This document shows, one piece after another, positions 1 to 10,197 of a stretch of DNA of 42,269 nucleotides. This DNA comes from Patescibacteria group bacterium. Its GTDB lineage: Bacteria; Patescibacteriota; Minisyncoccia; 2-02-FULL-40-12; GWA2-44-9. The DNA lies in the NCBI GenBank assembly GCA_038065335.1, contig JBBTRD010000013.1:1-42269 (forward strand), written 5' to 3'. The notes under the pieces were generated by a model. It was not told the origin of the DNA, ran no database searches, and was given only the letters and a program-made list of their open reading frames with translations. The number at the start of each line of letters is the position of its first letter. Position 1 is the stretch's first letter. The translations under genes and the position numbers were made by a program.

Positions 1-1
1 G

Positions 2-100
2 CATGGCCCGACAGGAGTGGCTTCGGGCGGTCAGAGAAATGAGAGATAATTTCTAGAAATGCTCCAAGAGGAAGCCGTGAGAAAAGTGTCAAGGCCGAGC
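2..100 (+). repeat. Copy 1 of a ~97-nt dispersed repeat (partner at 17908..18003, ~80% identical by eye); may continue left of the window
   Basis: Shared blocks CATGGCCCGACAGGAG, TCGGGCGGTCAGAGAAA, CTAGAAAT and CTCCAAGAGGAAGC. Both copies keep a GCCCGA/TCGGGC stem with a loop of variable length. Confidence 0.7.
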
Positions 101-102
101 GA

Positions 103-1332
103 TTATTCATAGCCTTTCAATTTTCCGAGTTTGTGATGGCCGCGGATTTTGTCGAGGGCTTTGGCTTCGATTTGACGAATGCGTTCTCGAGTCACGATGA
201 AAACCTTGCCGACTTCTTCGAGAGTATGGGTGACGCCGTCAGTCAGACCGAAACGCATATCCAGAATTTTCTGTTCTCGTGGCGTCAGGTCGCCGATAAT
301 TTCATTGATGTAGCCTTTTAATATTTTGCGGGCGGCGGAGGTGGACGGTGAAATTGTGTCGTCATCGGGAATGAAATTCTCGAGCGAACTGTCGCTATCG
401 CCGTCATTGCCGTCGCCGACCGGCGCTTCGAGCGAAATAGTCTCTTGCGAGATTTTCATGATGTGTCGAATTTTATCAATTTCCACACCCATTTCCGACG
501 CCACCTCTTCGGGCATCGGTTCCCGGCCTAAATCCTGAACCAATCGCCGGACGACTTGCTGGTATTTGTTAATGGTTTCCACCATATGCACCGGAATCCG
601 AATCGTCCGACCTTGGTCAGCCAAAGCCCGTGTAATGGCCTGACGAATCCACCATGTCGCATAAGTCGAAAATTTAAATCCGCGCGTGAAATCAAATTTT
701 TCAACCGCTTTAAATAAACCGATATTCCCCTCTTGAATTAAGTCGAGCAACGAAAGATTGGCCGAGCGACCGACATATTTCTTGGCAATCGAAACCACGA
801 GACGCAAATTCGAAAGCGCCAATTTCTGGCGAGCGGATTCGTCGCCCTTTAAAATTCGTTTGGCCAACTCGACTTCTTCTTCGCCGTTCAGTAACGGATA
901 CTGGCCAATCTCTTTGAGATACATCTGGACCGAATCGGAGGTCGATTCGCCAAACTCATCTTGAATCTTTTTCTTCTCGTCGTATTCTTTATTCTTGCCG
1001 TCCTCGAAAACGCGGCCCGATTCGATGATATTAATATTTGAAGCTTCTAAACGTTCGTAGAGCGCTTCGAGGCCGCCAATATCTTGCTCGATATTGGGAA
1101 AAGCGTTCAACACTTCAACTTGGGTGATAAAACCCCGATGCCGGCCTTTTTCGATAATAGCCGCGATGGCGCTTTCGCTAATTGTATTTTTATTCTTCTT
1201 GGGAGTGCTCCGAGAAATTGATTTTTTGGGTCGAATGGATTTAGATGCCGGTTTCTTTGATCGGACTGGATTGGTTTTCGGTTTCTTTTTTAATTTCTTG
1301 AATGATTTCTTTATTTTTTTCTTTTGGGCCAT
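103..1332 (-). CDS. rpoD: RNA polymerase primary sigma factor (sigma-70 family)
   Basis: 409-aa ORF with sigma-70 motifs [45 protein letters not shown] and [12 protein letters not shown], and a lysine-rich N-terminus. The first 92 nt overlap the dnaG 3' end, so the true start is uncertain. Confidence 0.9.
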   Translation of the reverse strand: MAQKKKIKKSFKKLKKKPKTNPVRSKKPASKSIRPKKSISRSTPKKNKNTISESAIAAIIEKGRHRGFITQVEVLNAFPNIEQDIGGLEALYERLEASNINIIESGRVFEDGKNKEYDEKKKIQDEFGESTSDSVQMYLKEIGQYPLLNGEEEVELAKRILKGDESARQKLALSNLRLVVSIAKKYVGRSANLSLLDLIQEGNIGLFKAVEKFDFTRGFKFSTYATWWIRQAITRALADQGRTIRIPVHMVETINKYQQVVRRLVQDLGREPMPEEVASEMGVEIDKIRHIMKISQETISLEAPVGDGNDGDSDSSLENFIPDDDTISPSTSAARKILKGYINEIIGDLTPREQKILDMRFGLTDGVTHTLEEVGKVFIVTRERIRQIEAKALDKIRGHHKLGKLKGYE

Positions 1333-3253
1333 ATGAATGGTGGGTAAGGATTAATTGTCGAGCAAGTTCGTTAAACTCGCCGGCGAGCTGGGTTAACCGA
1401 TTTTGATCTTTGTTGGCTTCGGCTTCTTTCACGTCAAACTGCAGATTTGTAAGCCGAGCGTTGATTGAGCGACGTCGAGCGGTATTGATGACATTATGAA
1501 ACTCTATTTTTAACGTCTCGTCATCAAATCCCTGCCATAATTCTTGGGAACGAAGATGGGCGAATTCGAGTTGAAGGGCTTCCTCGCCCGTGAAACGGGT
1601 CACAAACGTTTTAAACTCGAACGGCTCAAACTCCATAACCCGACGAATAATATTCATAATCCGATCGTCAACCAGATGATCCTCGATGGTCATGATCTCA
1701 TCGCGCAAAAGCGTTGGCGCTTTCAAAACGAGAGAAAGGATCATTTCGTTAATAACATCGGGCGCCTCGCGCGGTGCTATTACCGACTGTGTTACGGATG
1801 TTTCCGAAGTTGTGTCTTCCCGCGTATAAACATCAAGGTCGTCTTTGAATGTCGCGATATCAGCGCTGATGGCTGATTCGGGCACACGCAACAATGAAGA
1901 CAACTGGCTGACCCAATGAGCTCGTTCAACATTCCCCGCTAAACGTTTTATAAACGGCGCGACGGCGGAAATTATCTGCTTCTTGCTTTCGGCTGACGTC
2001 GGATTGTAAGAAGAACGGGCGCGATCGAAATAATAATCGATGACGGGCTTAGCCTTCTCAACAACTTGGAACCAGCTTGTCCCGAGCGAAGTCGAGGGAT
2101 ATTTTTTTATGTAATCGGCCGGATCTTTGCACTCGAGGTCTTTAATCTCGAGAATACTGATATTAAATTGTTGCGCTAACGCTAAACCGATACCACGTCG
2201 AGTGGCTATGGCTCCGGCTTGGTCCGTATCAAAACAAAACCCCAAGTTTTTTGTATAACGCTGCAAAAGCCGTAAATGGGTAGGCGTAAGAGCGGTGCCG
2301 GATGAGGCGACGACATTGCGTACGCCAGCCTGGAATGACATGAGAGCGTCCATATTGCCCTCAACCAGGATACATCGGTCCGATTTCTTAATATCTAGTT
2401 TGGCCTTGGAAAGGCCGTATAGAACCCGACTTTTGTCATAGATCAGCGTCTGGGGAGTGTTTATGTATTTTGCCACCCCTGTGCCGACATTGTCAATAGC
2501 CTTTTGGGCATATCTTTTTGAGATTTGTCCCTGCGACTCAATGTTCAAGTCAACATCGGCAGCGGGACGGTCAAAGACTCTGGCCGTGAATCCAACAACC
2601 TGCCCCGAGACTTCAAAAATAGGGAACATAATCCGACTTCGGAAACGATCATAAATCCCTCCCCGGTTGTAAGTTGTAGGTTGTTGGTTGTCAGTTTGCC
2701 GTTTAATAGCCAGCCCCGCGTCAACAATCTCTTTTTCTTGATAGCCCCGCGTTTGAAGATAGTTCGAAAGCGACTCCCAATCATTCGGCGCCCAACCCAA
2801 TCTAAATTCAGTAATGGTGACATCGGTCAATCCACGGTCACGCAAATACGCCAGCGCTTCTTTGCCTGACGATGATTGAAATTGTTTTTCAAAAAACTTT
2901 GTCGCTAGCTCGCAGATTTCAAACAGTTTTTGTTTGGCATCAACACTCTCTCCGGGTTGAACTTGAAATTGAGCTAACTCTATCCCCGCTTTTGCCGCCA
3001 GAATTTTTAAAGCTTCCCGAAATTCCACCCCTTCAATTTCTTTCACAAATTCAAACATATCGCCCCCTTTTTGGCAGCCAAAACAATGCCAAATCTGACG
3101 CTCCGGCGAAACAAAAAACGAGGGCGTCTTTTCGTTATGAAACGGGCACCGACCCTTGTAATTAATACCGGCTTTCTGGAGTTTCATATACCCGCTCAAC
3201 ACTTCCACCACGTCAAGCCGGTCTTTAATTTTAGCCACATTATCCTCGGCCAT
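1241..3253 (-). CDS. dnaG: DNA primase
   Basis: 670-aa ORF with the CHC2 zinc finger [30 protein letters not shown] and the TOPRIM segment [16 protein letters not shown]...FDTDQAG. Shows the classic dnaG-rpoD gene order. Confidence 0.9.
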   Translation of the reverse strand: MAEDNVAKIKDRLDVVEVLSGYMKLQKAGINYKGRCPFHNEKTPSFFVSPERQIWHCFGCQKGGDMFEFVKEIEGVEFREALKILAAKAGIELAQFQVQPGESVDAKQKLFEICELATKFFEKQFQSSSGKEALAYLRDRGLTDVTITEFRLGWAPNDWESLSNYLQTRGYQEKEIVDAGLAIKRQTDNQQPTTYNRGGIYDRFRSRIMFPIFEVSGQVVGFTARVFDRPAADVDLNIESQGQISKRYAQKAIDNVGTGVAKYINTPQTLIYDKSRVLYGLSKAKLDIKKSDRCILVEGNMDALMSFQAGVRNVVASSGTALTPTHLRLLQRYTKNLGFCFDTDQAGAIATRRGIGLALAQQFNISILEIKDLECKDPADYIKKYPSTSLGTSWFQVVEKAKPVIDYYFDRARSSYNPTSAESKKQIISAVAPFIKRLAGNVERAHWVSQLSSLLRVPESAISADIATFKDDLDVYTREDTTSETSVTQSVIAPREAPDVINEMILSLVLKAPTLLRDEIMTIEDHLVDDRIMNIIRRVMEFEPFEFKTFVTRFTGEEALQLEFAHLRSQELWQGFDDETLKIEFHNVINTARRRSINARLTNLQFDVKEAEANKDQNRLTQLAGEFNELARQLILTHHSYGPKEKNKEIIQEIKKETENQSSPIKETGI

Positions 3254-3306
3254 ATTTCTTGTACTTTAACTCTCTAAAGATACACCGTTTTGATAATTTT
3301 AAAAAA

Positions 3307-3335
3307 TTGACTTAAATTAAGCATTGCTGTATAGT
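3307..3335 (+). promoter_or_regulatory. Sigma-70-type promoter for the 3378..3986 gene
   Basis: TTGACT, a 17-nt spacer, then TATAGT, about 40 nt upstream of the SD/ATG. Confidence 0.6.
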
Positions 3336-3377
3336 AAAGACCGTACTTTGGAAAAAACTAGAAAATGGGAGGCCGGC

Positions 3378-3986
3378 ATGGCCATAGACCGAAGGAGCAA
3401 GAGAAGTAACACCGCCAGAAAGCTCTCGCGCGCGAAAATCCAGGAGTACCTTGACGCTGCCATTATTAGGAGAGGACGTGAGGCTAACGCTATCGCCGTC
3501 CAAAGAGGACTCGAGGCCGAGGAACTCGTCGAGGAAGCGATTCTGCTTCTAAAGTCTCAAGGTCGCGTACAGTGGTACCACCGTTGTGAACGCTGGGGCG
3601 AATTGGATTTGGCCGGTATGGATTACCTGATTATGTTCACCGGCTCCATCGCGATTTTTTCTTTGCAAGCCAAGGCTTCCGAAGTAGGAAAGAGAGTCCA
3701 CATCGCTCAATACGGTGATCGCACTCCCTGTGTAGTCATGTATCCAGACGATACCGTCGAAATCATGGCCGACAAGATTCTGATGACCGTGTTCCCACGG
3801 TTTTACGACGAGGGGGGAAGTTACGACGAAGAAGAATATCAGCGTTTCGACCCGCTTGATGTCCCTCCTCCAGAAGGGACGGCGCCTGAAATAATCGAAG
3901 ACGATGGACAAACGAAACGGTTTAGGTCACCAAGCCTAGACATTATAGGCGAAGCAATAAGAAAGGGGCTTGCCGTCAACGAGTGA
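3378..3986 (+). CDS. Hypothetical protein, possible PD-(D/E)xK (YraN/Hjc-like) nuclease fold
   Basis: The ORF track gives 3324..3986. I prefer ATG 3378 because GGGAGG lies 5 nt upstream. The pattern GLEAEELVEEAILLLKSQG...RCERWGELDLAGMDYLIMF...SLQAKAS fits a G..E...GE.DL...QxK nuclease core. Acidic C-terminal tail; GC-richer than the flanks. Confidence 0.55.
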   Translation: MAIDRRSKRSNTARKLSRAKIQEYLDAAIIRRGREANAIAVQRGLEAEELVEEAILLLKSQGRVQWYHRCERWGELDLAGMDYLIMFTGSIAIFSLQAKASEVGKRVHIAQYGDRTPCVVMYPDDTVEIMADKILMTVFPRFYDEGGSYDEEEYQRFDPLDVPPPEGTAPEIIEDDGQTKRFRSPSLDIIGEAIRKGLAVNE

Positions 3987-4008
3987 CCCATCAAGCCAGA
4001 ACCACACA

Positions 4009-4040
4009 AGGCCCCGCCATGGCGGGGCCTCTTTAAATTT
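4009..4040 (+). terminator. Rho-independent terminator of the 3378..3986 cassette
   Basis: Perfect palindrome AGGCCCCGC-CATG-GCGGGGCCT followed by CTTTAAATTT. Confidence 0.7.
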
Positions 4041-4061
4041 AAAAAAAACGATTCCAAATTT

Positions 4062-4149
4062 TGGCGGAGGCGGCTGGATTCGAACCAGCGGTACCTTGCG
4101 ATACACTTGCTTTCCAAGCAAGCGCACTAGACCACTATGCGACGCCTCC
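4062..4149 (-). tRNA. tRNA-Ser (anticodon GGA), class II with long variable arm, CCA encoded
   Basis: Minus strand reads GGAGGCG...CTTGC-TTGGAAA-GCAAG...GGTTCGAATCC...CGCCTCCGCCA. It has a 7-bp acceptor stem, the anticodon loop TTGGAAA, a long extra arm and a T-loop. Confidence 0.9.
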
Positions 4150-4494
4150 TTATTTAATTTTTATTTCACTACTACCATTTTCTTTATTTTTTGATTCCCA
4201 GTATTTATTTTCGAGCCACTCATAAACATCCATACTCGGGTCACGAACGCCGATTTCGGGGAACAGTTCTACTCCTTTTTCTTCGGCTTCACCAACAATA
4301 AGATGAGTCGTTGCTTCGGAGGGATATTTAATATGATTGACAATCGCAAAGATACACTCTTTGGCCAAGTCTTCCCCTATTTTTGGGACACTCCATTTAT
4401 GAAGAATTCGAGTGGCAACTTCCCAATCCTTAAGCTCGGCCAACGGTTCTTGGCCGAAAATAATTTTATAAGCCTTAATTAGGGTTTGATTCAA
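4150..4494 (-). CDS. Hypothetical protein (114 aa)
   Basis: ORF only. Its start overlaps the murD stop by 20 nt, and its stop codon directly abuts the tRNA-Ser 5' end. No motif recognised. Confidence 0.5.
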   Translation of the reverse strand: MNQTLIKAYKIIFGQEPLAELKDWEVATRILHKWSVPKIGEDLAKECIFAIVNHIKYPSEATTHLIVGEAEEKGVELFPEIGVRDPSMDVYEWLENKYWESKNKENGSSEIKIK

Positions 4495-5932
4495 AATATT
4501 TTTTGATTAAATTATTGAATTGCTCTCCCCGATCGTATTCGTTTTTAAATTTTTCAAAACTCTTGGAAGCCGGGGAAAATAGTATCACGGATTGAGGATA
4601 CTGACCAGCTTGCCCTGAACTCTGTTGAAGGGCTTTTTTGAAAGCCACTTCAACGCATTCTTGAAGCGAATCATAGATCGGGCAACTGGCCGCAAAATCA
4701 CCGAGGGCTAGTCGTATTTTTTCAGTCGCACTACCGGCCAGAAAAACAAGATTACTTGACTGAATAAATTGGGGAATAATTTTTCCTAATTCTACAAAAT
4801 CTAAATCCCGGTCTGTTCCGCCAGTGATGAGCACTGTCTCTAAACCGCCAAATCGCTTGAGGGCTTGAATAGCGCCTTCGGGCGAAGTGGCCGCAGTGTC
4901 GTTCACGACCGTAAGCGTATCGGTTTTTAGAATTATCTCTTGACGGAAAGGGATTTCGGGCAAACTATTAATCCGAAACTGAATGTCGGCCCAGGAACAT
5001 CCGGCCAGATGAGCTGAAAGAGCCGCCGCCAAAAGATTAGAGATATTGTGTTCACCGCGCATCAAAACAGAATCACTTAACATCAACGCTTTTTCTTTTA
5101 GACCCGCCTTTCGAAAATATACAGTTTTATCGCTTGACCAGACTCCATTAAGACCGACGGGCAAAATCTGACCAGAGAAATACCAAACCTTGGCCAATGG
5201 TTTTTGGGTTAATAAAAATTGGGTCCATTTGTTGTCATAATTCAGAATAAGATTATTGTCCGATGTCTGATATTTAAAAATATTTGCTTTTATTCGAGCG
5301 TATTCCTCTATAGTTTGATGACGATTAAGATGGTCTTGAAAAATATTAGTGATTACGGCTATTGCTGGGCCAGATATCGGCGTGCGGTCGAACAACTCTA
5401 AATGAAATGAGGAAATTTCGGCTACGGCCATTTCTAACCCGCCGGCCCGATCGAGAACTTTTAAAAATGGGTGAGTCAGCGAATTTCCGGCAATTGATGA
5501 TTTAAATTTCGGTTTAAGAAAATGTTCCACCCAAGTTGTTATGGTCGTCTTGCCTCGCGTTCCCGTGACCGCAATAATCGGCTTGTCCCGAGTTCCACCG
5601 AGAGACTTTTTAAACTCCTGAAAAAATATCGTCGCCTCATTGGCCACTTCTTTGCCCAGTTTAAACGCGTATTGAATAAATTCATTCCGAATTGAAACAT
5701 CGGGATTGATGACGATAATATCGTTTTCTTCGATATCTCGCATGGAATGACCGCCCAGACGCAATTCAACGTGGCCCTCGATTTTCCCCAACGAATCAGA
5801 GAGCTGTTCTTGAGTTTTTAAATCAGTTACCGTCACCCGCGCGCCCTGACGCAAAAGCCAATTCGTCGTCGCTAAACCGCCGCCCAGAATACCAAAACCG
5901 AACACGAGCACTTTTTTATCTTCAAAAATCAT
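4475..5932 (-). CDS. murD: UDP-N-acetylmuramoylalanine--D-glutamate ligase
   Basis: 485 aa with an N-terminal Rossmann GFGILGGG, the Mur ligase P-loop TGTRGKTT, and the motifs NDTAATSPEG and HNISNLLAA. Confidence 0.9.
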   Translation of the reverse strand: MIFEDKKVLVFGFGILGGGLATTNWLLRQGARVTVTDLKTQEQLSDSLGKIEGHVELRLGGHSMRDIEENDIIVINPDVSIRNEFIQYAFKLGKEVANEATIFFQEFKKSLGGTRDKPIIAVTGTRGKTTITTWVEHFLKPKFKSSIAGNSLTHPFLKVLDRAGGLEMAVAEISSFHLELFDRTPISGPAIAVITNIFQDHLNRHQTIEEYARIKANIFKYQTSDNNLILNYDNKWTQFLLTQKPLAKVWYFSGQILPVGLNGVWSSDKTVYFRKAGLKEKALMLSDSVLMRGEHNISNLLAAALSAHLAGCSWADIQFRINSLPEIPFRQEIILKTDTLTVVNDTAATSPEGAIQALKRFGGLETVLITGGTDRDLDFVELGKIIPQFIQSSNLVFLAGSATEKIRLALGDFAASCPIYDSLQECVEVAFKKALQQSSGQAGQYPQSVILFSPASKSFEKFKNEYDRGEQFNNLIKKYFESNPN

Positions 5933-5975
5933 TTTTTAGAAATATTATGATATATCAAAGAATCATAATAAAACC

Positions 5976-6875
5976 TTAGACCGACATATTGCGAAGGATT
6001 TTGATTCTTTCTTCCAGAGGCGGATGGGTCATAAATAAACGAGTAAACCAACTGGCCCCTTCTTTGCCCTTAAACGGGTTGGAGATAAAGAGATGAGCGG
6101 TTGAGTTTGAGGCCATCTTCATAGGTTGTTGGTCTTCGGCGATACGTTCAAGGGCGTTAGCCAGACCTTCGGGATAACGCGTCAAAAGAGCGCCGGAAGC
6201 ATCGGCCAAAAATTCGCGTTTACGCGAAACGGCCAGCTGGATCATGGTCGCGGCAATTGGCGCCAGAATTGCGGCCACGAGAGCCACGGCCATGACCAGT
6301 GCCCCGCCGTTGCCTTCTCTGTCCCGATCCCGGCCGCCGAAAAAACTAATCCGAATAAAAAAATTAGCGAGAATGGAAATCAGTCCCGCCAACACCACCG
6401 TTACTGAAGAAACAAGAATGTCGTTATTGCCAACGTGTGAAAGTTCGTGCGCCAAAACGCCTTCCAGTTCGATTTTATCTAATCGATCAAGAGCGCCTTG
6501 AGTAACAGCAATGGCCGAATGTTCTTTATTGCGTCCCGTCGCAAACGCATTGATTTGCCTATCTGGAATTAAGTAAATCCGAGGCATCGGCAAACCGGCC
6601 GTGATGCAAAGGTTTTCAATAATTCGATATATTTCTTCGTGACCCGTTCGCGCAATCGGTCGAGCGTGAGACATCGCCAGCGCAATTGAGTCCGATTTCC
6701 AATAAGCCATAAAGTTCATCCCTACCGAAAGCGCCACGGCAATATATAAAATATCCGGTGAACCATAGGCCTGACTAAACAAAAACCCTACCGCGATAAT
6801 CAACACGAAAAACACGGTCATCAATAACCACGTCTTCCGAATATTAGTATCATGTTGAGTATAAAGGGTGGCCAT
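5976..6875 (-). CDS. htpX: Zinc metalloprotease HtpX (M48 family)
   Basis: 299 aa with multiple TM segments, the HEXXH motif HELSHVGNNDI and C-terminal THPPLEERI. Confidence 0.9.
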   Translation of the reverse strand: MATLYTQHDTNIRKTWLLMTVFFVLIIAVGFLFSQAYGSPDILYIAVALSVGMNFMAYWKSDSIALAMSHARPIARTGHEEIYRIIENLCITAGLPMPRIYLIPDRQINAFATGRNKEHSAIAVTQGALDRLDKIELEGVLAHELSHVGNNDILVSSVTVVLAGLISILANFFIRISFFGGRDRDREGNGGALVMAVALVAAILAPIAATMIQLAVSRKREFLADASGALLTRYPEGLANALERIAEDQQPMKMASNSTAHLFISNPFKGKEGASWFTRLFMTHPPLEERIKILRNMSV

Positions 6876-6880
6876 ACTTA

Positions 6881-6985
6881 AACTGGGAACCTGCTCTTTT
6901 GCCCAGACCCGGGGAACCAGTTCCGTCGGTTCCCCCGCTACGCGGGTCCCCCTCCGCTACTGGGCCAAAGAGCAGGTTCCCAGTT
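6881..6985 (+). repeat. GC-rich palindromic element, copy A (family also at 11713..11824 and 23826..23923)
   Basis: Conserved core GCCCAGACCCGGGGAACCAGTTCCGTCGGTTCCCC...CCCCTCCGCTACTGGGC, flanked by copy-specific self-complementary arms AACTGGGAACCTGCTCTTT / AAAGAGCAGGTTCCCAGTT. It fills the lemA-htpX spacer. Confidence 0.85.
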
Positions 6986-6989
6986 ACGT

Positions 6990-7541
6990 TTAAAATTTAA
7001 CCTCCGGTAATTTTGCCTCTTCGGCAGAGCCCAGTTGGAAGAGTTCTTCTTTACTAAATCCGAGGGAGGAAGCAATCAGGTTGGTGGGAAAGACTTCCAA
7101 CTTGGTGTTAAAGTCCATCACGTTAGTATTGTAGAAACGACGAGAGGCTTGAATCTTGTCTTCGGTGTCGGTCAGTTCATCCTGTAATTTCATGAAGTTT
7201 TCGTTGGCCTTGAGAGTGGGATAGGCTTCCGAGAGAGCGAAGAGTTTGCCAAGCGCGCCAGAAAGCGTGTTTTCGGCTTGGCCTTTTTGGGCCAGACTGC
7301 CAGCCGCAACGGCTTCGGTGCGCGCTTTGGTCACAGCTTCGAGCACACCGGCTTCGTGCGCGACATAGCCTTTGACGGTCTCCACAAGATTAGGAATCAA
7401 ATCGTGCCGACGCCGAAGTTGGACGTTAATATCCGACCACGCTTCTTTAACCCGATTCCGCGCCCGCACTAAACCGTTAAACGCACCGACAACCCAAAGC
7501 ACCACGACCACCACAATCGCCAAAATGATATATGTAGCCAT
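6990..7541 (-). CDS. lemA: LemA family membrane protein
   Basis: 183 aa with an N-terminal TM segment and the family signature NRVKEAWSDINVQLRRRHDLIPNLVETVKGY. The lemA-htpX pairing is common. Confidence 0.85.
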   Translation of the reverse strand: MATYIILAIVVVVVLWVVGAFNGLVRARNRVKEAWSDINVQLRRRHDLIPNLVETVKGYVAHEAGVLEAVTKARTEAVAAGSLAQKGQAENTLSGALGKLFALSEAYPTLKANENFMKLQDELTDTEDKIQASRRFYNTNVMDFNTKLEVFPTNLIASSLGFSKEELFQLGSAEEAKLPEVKF

Positions 7542-7586
7542 ATATTTAAAAATTATTTAGTTAAGCTAATAATACAATAACCGAGA

Positions 7587-9218
<1,632 letters not shown>

Positions 9219-9226
9219 TTAGTTAT

Positions 9227-9288
9227 TAGCCATTAGTGGGTAGCCATTAGAAAAACACTAATTCCTAATGGCTAAGTTCTAGTGGCTA
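9227..9288 (-). other. Two-helix imperfect hairpin in the groES-groEL spacer
   Basis: TAGCCATTAG-TGGG-TAGCCATTAG pairs with CTAATGGCTA-AGTT-CTAGTGGCTA, giving two 10-bp helices and a 4x4 internal loop. The right arm reaches the groES stop codon. Confidence 0.6.
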
Positions 9289-9567
9289 GTCTTTGATCGC
9301 GATTATGTCCTCACCTTTTACAACGATAAATTCTTTGTCCCCGTCTTTTATTTTATGTTCCGAATATTTGCGATAAAAAACCACGTCGCCCTTTTTGACT
9401 TCCAACGGAACTCGTTTGCCGTTTTCTAACTTTCCGGCGCCAACTGCAACAACCTTGCCAATTTCAGAACGCTCTTTTTCAACCGTATCCGGCAAAATAA
9501 TACCACTTTTCTTTTTTTCTTCCTTCAGTGATTCGAGAACTACATTATCGCTTAATGGTTTTATCAT
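9286..9567 (-). CDS. groES: Co-chaperonin GroES (10 kDa)
   Basis: 93 aa reading MIKPLSDNVVL...GIILPDT...GKVVAVG, immediately upstream of groEL. Confidence 0.95.
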   Translation of the reverse strand: MIKPLSDNVVLESLKEEKKKSGIILPDTVEKERSEIGKVVAVGAGKLENGKRVPLEVKKGDVVFYRKYSEHKIKDGDKEFIVVKGEDIIAIKD

Positions 9568-9620
9568 ATAATTTAGCGGTTATCTTTATTGATTGCTAAT
9601 TTTAGTCGTAACAAAGAATC

Positions 9621-9649
9621 TTGTCAAGATACCGCCATAATGATATAAC
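9621..9649 (+). promoter_or_regulatory. Sigma-70-type promoter for the 9670..10146 gene
   Basis: TTGTCA, a 17-nt spacer, then TATAAC. GAGGAGG lies 7 nt before the ATG. Confidence 0.55.
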
Positions 9650-9669
9650 ATCCCCGAGGAGGTCAGGAC

Positions 9670-10146
9670 ATGAGTCAGCGCAATCACATAGACGGGTACG
9701 TGTCCCTTGAGCAACGTATCCCTACCGCAAATGAGGTACTCGCCAAAATCTGTGGAAATCGAGTGGGCCACACTACAATCGATATTCTAGAACTCAACCA
9801 GAGAACCTGCATCTGGCTCGAAAGAGCGGCATATGCCGCTTGGGCCACTTTGAACCTTCTCTATGAGTACTGCCCCGAAAGGAATCGGACCTTGCTCGCC
9901 GAAACTGCTGATGAACTACACGCGGTTATCAGGGGCGGGAGGGAAAACTATCCGAGACTTGTTGGTCCAGAGGCAAACCTGGCGGAACTCAAGAGTCACA
10001 TTGAAAATCTCCAACAAGCGGTTGCCCACGGCGGAAACATCCTAAACAACTCCGTTCCGCTTTGGCTCCCCGAGGAGATGTTGAAGCCGGCTCTCGATGT
10101 GCGTGATCTCTGCGACGAAGCCATTCGTCAACCCACCACATTTTGA
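9670..10146 (+). CDS. Hypothetical, probably all-helical protein (158 aa)
   Basis: Strong SD (GAGGAGG), its own promoter and terminator, C-ending codon preference and GC-richer than the neighbours. No family recognised. Confidence 0.55.
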   Translation: MSQRNHIDGYVSLEQRIPTANEVLAKICGNRVGHTTIDILELNQRTCIWLERAAYAAWATLNLLYEYCPERNRTLLAETADELHAVIRGGRENYPRLVGPEANLAELKSHIENLQQAVAHGGNILNNSVPLWLPEEMLKPALDVRDLCDEAIRQPTTF

Positions 10147-10161
10147 GCAACCACGACCCCC

Positions 10162-10197
10162 TGGGCCAGCCCTGAACGGCTGGCCCACTATTTTTTT
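10162..10197 (+). terminator. Rho-independent terminator of the 9670..10146 cassette
   Basis: TGGGCCAGCC-CTGAAC-GGCTGGCCCA followed by CTATTTTTTT. The T-tract overlaps the stop of the convergent 10188..11249 ORF. Confidence 0.8.

Noticed and set aside
2482-2561. Another in-frame palindromic insertion in dnaG (segment [27 protein letters not shown])
   Set aside because: The flanking inverted repeat (TGCCGACATTGTCAA / TTGACATCGGCA-like) pairs at only about 9-10 of 15 positions. The composition is host-like. This is too weak to claim without an ortholog alignment.
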